Shown: piece by piece, positions 50,036 through 56,563 of the stretch
Layout of the letters: every line of letters starts with the position of its first letter
Position numbering within the stretch: the first letter of the stretch is position 1
IMG/VR virus record: IMGVR_UViG_3300044639_001130
Location: 1 to 56,563 of that record
Reading direction: 5' to 3' (one strand)
Source of the DNA: a virus
Lineage: Duplodnaviria; Caudoviricetes
DNA length: 56,563 bases
Made by a program: the position numbers and the translations under genes
Notes under the pieces: model-generated
What the model saw: the letters and a program-made list of their open reading frames with translations, nothing else
What the model was told of the DNA's origin: nothing
The model's database searches: none

Positions 50036-50105
50036 TAACATCACCTAATAAACAGGCGGACATCTACTATATTTCCACCACGCGTCTATTAGCTGCAAAA
50101 CGTTA
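50036..50105 (+). repeat. attC-like hairpin 7 (70 bp)
   Basis: TAAC-A-TCACCTAATAAAC ... GTCTATTAGCTGC-AAAAC-GTTA. Confidence 0.7.
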
Positions 50106-50109
50106 ATCA

Positions 50110-50388
50110 TTAATATTCTTTAATTTCTCCTGTTTTATTATTAGTTAATTTAACTGATTTTAAATCATTTTTACCATCATCAACCCAAATAAATGTACTT
50201 TGCATAATTTCCCAATTCTCTTTCCCTTTGGTTTGTTCAGGATGCGCTGCTTTAACTTTATCTAACATATCAACCGAATAATGTAACCATTGCAATAAGT
50301 CAATTGAAAATCTTTCAAAGTTTTCTTTATTCACTACATTTATTAATTTCTCAAATGTATTAATCTCGTATTTTTTAGCTTTTTTCAT
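50110..50388 (-). CDS. hypothetical protein flanking the array
   Basis: 92-aa ORF whose stop lies just outside the last GTTA. Confidence 0.55.
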   Translation of the reverse strand: MKKAKKYEINTFEKLINVVNKENFERFSIDLLQWLHYSVDMLDKVKAAHPEQTKGKENWEIMQSTFIWVDDGKNDLKSVKLTNNKTGEIKEY

Positions 50389-50412
50389 AATTATATGTTT
50401 TTGTTTTTAAGT

Positions 50413-50601
50413 TTACAATGCGTTATAATAACATTCAGCTTCTTCTTTCGTTTTAAATTGCGCAATTGTTATTACCGTTCCCCTTTTTAAAACTCTTACA
50501 ATCCATTTATCTGCCAATTCAGCATAACTAACTCCAACTTTTTTGTTTTTACACATACCTTTTTTTTTGGAATAAGAGTTTCCGTAATTTATCCCTGCCA
50601 T
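50413..50601 (-). CDS. small AP2-like DNA-binding protein
   Basis: VGVSY...KWIVRV...FKTKEEAECYYN. Confidence 0.55.
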   Translation of the reverse strand: MAGINYGNSYSKKKGMCKNKKVGVSYAELADKWIVRVLKRGTVITIAQFKTKEEAECYYNAL

Positions 50602-50604
50602 CAG

Positions 50605-51186
50605 TTAAGCCGTTACTATTATATCTTTAAAGAACCTAACTCCATTAACTGTTCCTTCTTTTAAGAACTCTTTATTAGTAGACATATATTCTTTTACTTT
50701 AGCTTCATCTATACATAACCATTCTCTAGGTATTTGAGATATATCAGCAACTTCAAATTTCCATGTATGCCTTAATCTTGTAGTCTTGTTAGCTTCCGCC
50801 TCTAACTCTATCTGAGCAGCATCTTCTTCTGTTTTAGCCAACATTAATTTTTTAGCTATTTCTTCTTGCTTTTTAATCTCAAAGCTTTTAATCTGATTTT
50901 TAGCATGAACTAAAGCTGTATTTAAAGCTCCTGTTAGATTCTTGGCAGTAGAGTCTATTAATCTACCTTCGTCAATAGATGGTTGCTTTAATTCAACTCT
51001 TTTAGCCTCTACAGCCTTTACTAATCCATTTGCTTTAGATAAGTTCTGCTGAGCAATAGATAGGCTAGTTTCGCAAATAACTTTAATCTGTAAGCAGTTG
51101 TTAGCTATTGTGTCTAATTCATCTTTTAAAGCAGATAATCCTACTAAGGATGCTGCTAATTTCGGGTTTACTAATTGATTTTCCAT
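50605..51186 (-). CDS. conserved phage coiled-coil protein
   Basis: Long helices plus TWKFEVADISQIPREWL...VNGVRFF; ECF-like promoter upstream. Confidence 0.5.
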   Translation of the reverse strand: MENQLVNPKLAASLVGLSALKDELDTIANNCLQIKVICETSLSIAQQNLSKANGLVKAVEAKRVELKQPSIDEGRLIDSTAKNLTGALNTALVHAKNQIKSFEIKKQEEIAKKLMLAKTEEDAAQIELEAEANKTTRLRHTWKFEVADISQIPREWLCIDEAKVKEYMSTNKEFLKEGTVNGVRFFKDIIVTA

Positions 51187-51214
51187 GTTGCTTATTGTTT
51201 GATTTATATAGTTT

Positions 51215-51240
51215 AACGTAAATAAAAATAAAAGGTTACA
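51215..51240 (-). promoter_or_regulatory. ECF-sigma-like promoter TGTAAC-N16-CGTT
   Basis: Same motif, spacing and upstream ATATGACAA as at 26091-26128. Confidence 0.5.
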
Positions 51241-51573
51241 AGTTTGTCATATTTTTTTTATAATTCGTAAACATTCCCTTCATTAGCCATTTTATTAAGA
51301 TGCCATTCTGCAATTTTAGTTTTAAGTATATCCTCTAATTGCTTCTTTTTATGTTCCTCCGCAACCTTGTAGACCTTAATTCTAAAGTCGGTTTTACACT
51401 CTTTCCACAATTCTTTTTTCTTATCTATATCTATATCTATTGGACCTATTTTACTTATCATATCGTAAATCTTAGCTCCCGCGATATAGTTTAATAAATA
51501 TCCTTCTCCATTATGCTTAATAAACATATCGTAGAACCCTTTAAAGGATTCTTTTACAAGCAATTGTTCTATT

Positions 51574-52929
51574 TTAGAAAGCATCTTCTGTATTTGTTTC
51601 TCCTTTAGTATAATTTTCAAAAGCACTATATTTACCCATAAATCTTGCATATACAGCCTTTGTTTCTCCGTATCTATTCTTAGCTACATTAATCTCACAA
51701 AGTCCTCTTAAATCGGTTCCATCAACGTCCTTTGGGTCTTTCTCGTAGTAGTCAGGGCGATATAATAACCAAACTTGTACTGCATTAGCCTCAATGGCTC
51801 CAGAGTCTTTTAAATCAGACATTTTAGGACGCCTACCTTCTTTACTAGCCTCCCTAGATAATTGAGATAACTCTATTACACAAAGATTATATTTCTTATG
51901 AAGCTCTTGTAAACCTTTTACTCTTAAAGACATTTGCCTTTCTTCCGAAATTCCTTTATATTCCTCGTAAGTATTATTCATTAACTGTAAGTAGTCTATC
52001 ATTACAACTATTGTTTTACTCATAGGTATAGTTCTTCTCATTTTTCTAATCTTAGTTTCCATATACTGCCAAGTTATACCTGCCGTATCATCTATTACTA
52101 AGTTACTCTTGAGTTTACTTCTAAGCCTTTGTATCTTCACAACATCATCATCCATTACATTACCGCTTCTTATTTGCCAAGAGTTAATATTTAAGCAGTT
52201 AGCCCAAAGATTCTTCATTAATTGAGTTCCCGGCATCTCTAAAGAAAATACTACTAATGGAGCATCTGATTCTACGGCTACATTCTTCATAATGTTAACC
52301 ATTAAGCTAGACTTACCTGCGCCGGGAGGAGCGCCAACAACAATAATCTCTTGCTTTAAGCCACAAGTAATCTTATCTAACTCATCTAATCCTGTTTTGT
52401 AGCCGATAATCTCCTTCTTGTTATTCTGAGCATCTTCAAACTCTTTGTAGGTCTCATCGAATAAATCTGTTATACTTTTCTCTACAGATAGGTTATTCTT
52501 AATAGAATCTAAATCATTAAATATATCTTTCATTCTACCTACATTCTCATCTATATCTCCGTTGTGAGTAAACAGTTGATTGTAAGAGGAGTGAATAGTA
52601 GGTTTTAGCAATCTTCGGGAGTACATATCAAACACTACGCTCATGTGTTCGGATATGTTTTGTTTTATCTTATAATCTACCGCATGAAAACTACCGAGTA
52701 TTAACTTAATATCTTCTTTAGCGTAACCAAGTTTAAACAGCTTATCTCTAAGTAAGAATACATCTGTTTTAACCTTATTACTATGGTTATCTTTTATAAT
52801 CTTAAATAGAGTTCTGTTAGATGGTTCTTGCCATATATCCTCAAAAGCATAATTCTCGCAGGAATGGAATAAATCTGTATCTTCTGCATAAGAGGATAAT
52901 ATAGCTAATTCTAAATCTTTGTATTTCAT
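51574..52929 (-). CDS. dnaB: replicative DNA helicase
   Basis: GAPPGAGKS, FSLEMP, IDYLQLM, LSQLSR, SDLKDSGAIE, VAKNRYG. Confidence 0.95.
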   Translation of the reverse strand: MKYKDLELAILSSYAEDTDLFHSCENYAFEDIWQEPSNRTLFKIIKDNHSNKVKTDVFLLRDKLFKLGYAKEDIKLILGSFHAVDYKIKQNISEHMSVVFDMYSRRLLKPTIHSSYNQLFTHNGDIDENVGRMKDIFNDLDSIKNNLSVEKSITDLFDETYKEFEDAQNNKKEIIGYKTGLDELDKITCGLKQEIIVVGAPPGAGKSSLMVNIMKNVAVESDAPLVVFSLEMPGTQLMKNLWANCLNINSWQIRSGNVMDDDVVKIQRLRSKLKSNLVIDDTAGITWQYMETKIRKMRRTIPMSKTIVVMIDYLQLMNNTYEEYKGISEERQMSLRVKGLQELHKKYNLCVIELSQLSREASKEGRRPKMSDLKDSGAIEANAVQVWLLYRPDYYEKDPKDVDGTDLRGLCEINVAKNRYGETKAVYARFMGKYSAFENYTKGETNTEDAF

Positions 52930-52939
52930 ATTTTACGTT

Positions 52940-53314
52940 TTATTGAAAAAAAGATGACTTTAGTTTTTCTTCTTCTTTAATCTTAAACTCTGGCTTCATC
53001 CAAACGCTTAACATCTTTCCTTTCCAATTAAGAACTTGTTTACCGCTACCATCTTTCCAATTCATAGTAGTATAATAATCAAATGCTCTCTCCGCCACCG
53101 CTTGTTGGTATCCCTTTTCCTTGAAGTAAGATTTAACTTCCTCTAATAAAGGAGGATTAAAGGATTTGCTTGCCGTTTTAGCCATTTTCTTTGGAGTAAA
53201 GTAATCTTTTAAGCAATTATATAAATCATCTCTTAAATCAAGCTTAATGACTTTATTATCATCTATAAACTTTAGAGTTTTTCCTTTATCAGAGTCAGTT
53301 ATTTCTAATTTCAT
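52940..53314 (-). CDS. replication initiator/helicase-loader-like protein
   Basis: FNPPLLEEVKSYF...AFDYY...WKD...NWK motif directly upstream of dnaB. Confidence 0.55.
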   Translation of the reverse strand: MKLEITDSDKGKTLKFIDDNKVIKLDLRDDLYNCLKDYFTPKKMAKTASKSFNPPLLEEVKSYFKEKGYQQAVAERAFDYYTTMNWKDGSGKQVLNWKGKMLSVWMKPEFKIKEEEKLKSSFFQ

Positions 53315-53411
53315 ATTCTATTTTTTAAATATTTCTATTGCGCCTACTATTAAAAGTAATACAGTTACAACTATTGATAATCCAACAGCTATTTCTAATA
53401 ACATTTCCTGG

Positions 53412-53771
53412 TTATTGTTCATCTTTATTTTCATCTTTAGTTTGTTTAGATTTCTTTTCTAATTCTCTAGCTTCTGCTTCTTTTCTAACAGATACCATTA
53501 CATATCTTATTACTTGTTCCGCCACTACTTGTAAACCATAGGCTGTTTGTACCATCTTAGTTAGTCTTTCTGCTATAAACTTAGGGTCGGAACCGGGCAT
53601 CTTCATTTTTTTAGCTTCTTTTAAATCTATTTGGAATCTCTCTATAATATTCTTAGAAATTAATAGACAAGCTAAATCGTCTGATACTCCAGGCTCTACA
53701 TTAATAGAGTAGCCTTCGTCTGTAATTTCAATTTCGTATTCAAACGATTTTTTGATTTTGATTGGTTTCAT
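53412..53771 (-). CDS. hypothetical protein
   Basis: 119-aa ORF in the replication cluster. Confidence 0.5.
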   Translation of the reverse strand: MKPIKIKKSFEYEIEITDEGYSINVEPGVSDDLACLLISKNIIERFQIDLKEAKKMKMPGSDPKFIAERLTKMVQTAYGLQVVAEQVIRYVMVSVRKEAEARELEKKSKQTKDENKDEQ

Positions 53772-53786
53772 ATTTATATTTATTAG

Positions 53787-55325
53787 TTATTTTCTATTTT
53801 TCCATTCTATTGTAGAGTATTGACCTCTAGTAGCCCCTTCATTAATATCGTATCCTTTATTTTTAAGATAATCTACTTGTACCTTATTCGCAGGAAGTTC
53901 AGATATAATCTCGTTACACATAGCTTTAGTGTAAACTGTATTTTTAATATCGTACCCTAATCCCTCTATCCAAGTTAATTGTGCTTGTGTTGCAGGTTCT
54001 CTCATTCTAATAGAATCACTTAATACCGGCTTAGGTAGTTTTAATAAATTTACCTTTTCGTCTTTGCCCAATGTGTGTTCTATTTTTGCTAATCTAGCAT
54101 TTCTTTCGTCTAATAATAAATTCTTTTTCTCTTGAGTAGTAAAACATCTTTCTTCAATAGGCTTCTTTTTATCAAGTTCCCAAGCGTTAATTAAATTATG
54201 TCTATTAGTTACATCAACAACATCTAAAATAATAGCATTTTGACCAAACTTTTCTGCAAATGTAGGTGTTTTTAATCTAGCTGTTCTTCCAATGCTTTGT
54301 AAATATTTAGTTAGAGACTTAGTTGGACATGCCATAATCGCACAACCTGTATCAATGTGGTCAAATCCAGCTACTAAAATATTTACGTTAGTAATTACTT
54401 CTATCTTACCTTCTTTAAATTTAGATATATTCTCACTTCTTTCAGGCGTTAATTCTTCATTACTACTTACGGCTACTGCATTTATACCATTCGTTTGGAA
54501 TACTTCCGCTAAATCTACAGCGTGTTGTATGCTTACACAAAAGGCTATGGTTTGTCTACCTACCGCATATTCTTTCCACTTATCAACTATTAATTGATTT
54601 CTTGCTAATGTATTTACTTCGTTTGATAAATCTCCTTGGTTTAAATCGCCGGCAGTTGTTTTAACCTTATCTAAATCAACATTAGTTTTTATTCTAATAG
54701 CGTCTAATTCAGCGCACCAATTATCCTTAATACCTTCCCCTAGTCCGTAGTCAAATGATATAGAATCAAATATATCTCCTAGCATCATGCCATCTGCCCT
54801 TGTTGGAGTTGCTGTACATCCTAATAATAACTTAGGTTTAAAGTGCTCTATAACGCTATATGCCGATTTGCTCCCGAAAAGGTGTGCTTCGTCACATATA
54901 ATACAATCGTAATAATCGCTTGGCAACTTACTTAAACGTCTCACTACGGTCATAACGGAACCCATAACAACATTTGCATCAGGCTTAAATATATCTCCTT
55001 TTATGCAGCCCATACTAAAGCCTTTCATGGCAAATCTCGATGAATCATCCTTAACATAATCTAAAAAACCTACTTCTTTAACATGATTATAAAATTGTTC
55101 ATCAAACTTATCTGCTATAAAAGCCATAGCTGATTGCGATACGAGCTCCTCTTGAAAACTCAGCCATAATACGCGTTTGAACCCCATTTTTTCAAGTAGC
55201 TTTATTAGAATATATGTTTTTCCTGCGCCGGTAAAAAGGCAAATTAATTGAGATAACACTCCTTTATCATAATTACTCATTACGGCATCGTGGCATTTCT
55301 CTTGATATGGTCTAAGTTTTTTCAT
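53787..55325 (-). CDS. superfamily 2 DExH helicase
   Basis: LRPYQ, TGAGKT, DEAH, TATP, GFD and QSIGRTAR motifs. Confidence 0.92.
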   Translation of the reverse strand: MKKLRPYQEKCHDAVMSNYDKGVLSQLICLFTGAGKTYILIKLLEKMGFKRVLWLSFQEELVSQSAMAFIADKFDEQFYNHVKEVGFLDYVKDDSSRFAMKGFSMGCIKGDIFKPDANVVMGSVMTVVRRLSKLPSDYYDCIICDEAHLFGSKSAYSVIEHFKPKLLLGCTATPTRADGMMLGDIFDSISFDYGLGEGIKDNWCAELDAIRIKTNVDLDKVKTTAGDLNQGDLSNEVNTLARNQLIVDKWKEYAVGRQTIAFCVSIQHAVDLAEVFQTNGINAVAVSSNEELTPERSENISKFKEGKIEVITNVNILVAGFDHIDTGCAIMACPTKSLTKYLQSIGRTARLKTPTFAEKFGQNAIILDVVDVTNRHNLINAWELDKKKPIEERCFTTQEKKNLLLDERNARLAKIEHTLGKDEKVNLLKLPKPVLSDSIRMREPATQAQLTWIEGLGYDIKNTVYTKAMCNEIISELPANKVQVDYLKNKGYDINEGATRGQYSTIEWKNRK

Positions 55326-56005
55326 TAAGCTGCTATAAATGATGTTTTATTCTTTTTATAATTGTTTAAGTATTTGTAAATAGTGCCTTCTTTATATTTG
55401 ACTTGAGAATCAGTTGCCAACTTAACGGTTTCGTAAAATATACCAGTCTCTACATTTAACACTAGTTTTGCCTTTGGGTTATTTCCGCCTAAATATTTCC
55501 CTTCTTTTTTTTGAGACATTATCAGTCTAGTTGCTAAATCGTGTTTCTTTTTATAAAATCCATTATCAACTCCTTTTAAACCTATTACCTTATATCCACT
55601 AGCGTATCTTTTATTCATTTGGATTCTGGCTTTTTCCTTTGTCTCATCTGAAACAACTCTATTTTTAGCAATTTCACTAATCTTCTTTTTTGATTCTTCG
55701 CTCCATTTATAACCTCTATTACTAGATGCGGTTGGAGATAAATTGCAACATTTTTTATTAGAAATATGAAAATTAATATATCCTTGTTCTATCTCATCTA
55801 GCTTATCGTATTCGCAAAGCTCTATTATTATAAATTCTGGCAATCCGTATTTATCAGAAATTCTTTGAATAACCTTATTGCAATGTTTTTGTTTTCTAAT
55901 CTTGGTAAAATGTTGAACTTTTCTTTCTTTTAAATTTACGGACTGACCATAATAATAATATCCAGAATCTTTCCATTCTAATTTATAAATACCTGATTGT
56001 TTCAT
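55325..56005 (-). CDS. GIY-YIG homing endonuclease with NUMOD-like repeats
   Basis: SGIY...YYGQS...R..QH...E; SEESKKKIS and SDETKEK repeats; NNPKAK. Confidence 0.85.
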   Translation of the reverse strand: MKQSGIYKLEWKDSGYYYYGQSVNLKERKVQHFTKIRKQKHCNKVIQRISDKYGLPEFIIIELCEYDKLDEIEQGYINFHISNKKCCNLSPTASSNRGYKWSEESKKKISEIAKNRVVSDETKEKARIQMNKRYASGYKVIGLKGVDNGFYKKKHDLATRLIMSQKKEGKYLGGNNPKAKLVLNVETGIFYETVKLATDSQVKYKEGTIYKYLNNYKKNKTSFIAA

Positions 56006-56011
56006 TAGTTA

Positions 56012-56107
56012 AAAATACCCGCGCTAATACAAGGGCTCAACCGTTGCTTATTAGCTTCGGACAATGTAAAAGGCGGGATTATTTTAAATATTTTCATACG
56101 GTTGAGC
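56012..56107 (-). promoter_or_regulatory. structured (pseudoknot-capable) 5' leader with coupled uORF
   Basis: Three interleaved complementary pairs; 30-aa uORF at 56097-56005 whose TAA overlaps the endonuclease ATG. Confidence 0.55.
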
Positions 56108-56111
56108 AATA

Positions 56112-56143
56112 CAAATTTAACTAATTATAATAATATATACAAA
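56112..56143 (-). promoter_or_regulatory. Bacteroidota sigma70 promoter TTTG-N20-TAAATTTG
   Basis: Both -33 and -7 elements are present at canonical spacing. Confidence 0.75.
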
Positions 56144-56147
56144 TTTT

Positions 56148-56408
56148 TTAACCATTTTCACGAATCTTTTTAAGTTCTTTAATGAAGTTAGCGTAGGTTA
56201 TCATAAACGTACTAGATACTTTGTTATAAGCTTCTTCTATATCAGATACGCTATACTTTTCTTCATCTTTAATTTCTTCCCAATCTAAAGAATCTTCTAC
56301 TACCCACTTGACAATAGCTTCCCCTTCTTTATAAGCATAATAATAGTTTTTATTTTGAACCCCTTGTTCTACAATTATTCCCGTTCTTTTGTGTTTGTAC
56401 TTTTTCAT
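56148..56408 (-). CDS. hypothetical protein
   Basis: 86-aa ORF with an A-rich start region. Confidence 0.5.
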   Translation of the reverse strand: MKKYKHKRTGIIVEQGVQNKNYYYAYKEGEAIVKWVVEDSLDWEEIKDEEKYSVSDIEEAYNKVSSTFMITYANFIKELKKIRENG

Positions 56409-56563
56409 ATTGTATTTATTTAATTGTTAATAAATAAAGCCACCACCAATAAGACATGAACGAACTTAATGATGATGGCTTCGGCTAGTAAACCCCTTTA
56501 CTTAGACCAATGTGTTTTTTAGAATGTGGGTAATATGAATATGTTGATGTCATTTGTTTAGGG

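Larger units (their letters stand above)
47488..50105 (+). mobile_element. integron-like gene cassette array (7 attC-like hairpins)
   Basis: Seven TAAC-arm-loop-arm-CGTTA hairpins alternate with segments whose two ends are reverse complements of each other. Confidence 0.8.

Noticed and set aside
47488-50105. CRISPR array or simple terminator series as an explanation of the hairpins
   Set aside because: The hairpins are not sequence-identical, the intervening segments are gene-sized, no cas genes are present, and the stems lack consistent adjacent U tracts but share AAC/GTT ends
44688-54597. Short + strand ORFs in the replication block (44688, 44779, 46572, 53247, 53338, 54292)
   Set aside because: Antisense shadows of recognised - strand genes
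56438-56482. Imperfect hairpin AGCCACCACCA...TGATGATGGCT near the window end
   Set aside because: No TAAC/GTTA ends, and too little flanking context to assign a function
1-56563. Stop-codon reassignment, as in some crAss-like phages
   Set aside because: Core genes are full length under the standard code, and TAG ends ORFs at sensible places (10876, 19492, 26632)
1-56563. tRNA or rRNA genes
   Set aside because: No cloverleaf or rRNA-like sequence was noticed by eye; a tRNA scan would be needed to exclude them

Overview
This window is about 56.5 kb of an AT-rich tailed-phage genome. Its host is probably a Bacteroidota (Flavobacteria-like) bacterium, judged from TAnnTTTG promoters and A-rich start regions without Shine-Dalgarno sequences. 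The + strand (1-42370) carries a morphogenesis module resembling crAss-like podoviruses: TerL, portal, scaffold-like protein, major capsid, ring/adaptor proteins, fibres, lysis genes, a nozzle-like protein and large putative ejection proteins with a ferritin gene among them. The - strand (42421-56563) carries replication, recombination and accessory genes: GroES, NinG, NinB-like, SSB-like, HU-like, DnaB, an SF2 helicase and a GIY-YIG endonuclease. The main discovery is an integron-like cassette array at 47488-50105. It has seven attC-like TAAC...CGTTA hairpins, and each intervening segment is bounded by its own inverted repeat. The left end looks attI-like, all genes are antisense to the inferred top strand, one cassette has no gene, one hairpin carries a whole gene in its loop, and no integrase lies in the window. 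Also notable are a pseudoknotted leader with a coupled uORF before the GIY-YIG gene and a recurrent ECF-sigma-like promoter/operator motif. All product calls come from motif recognition and gene order; no searches were run.
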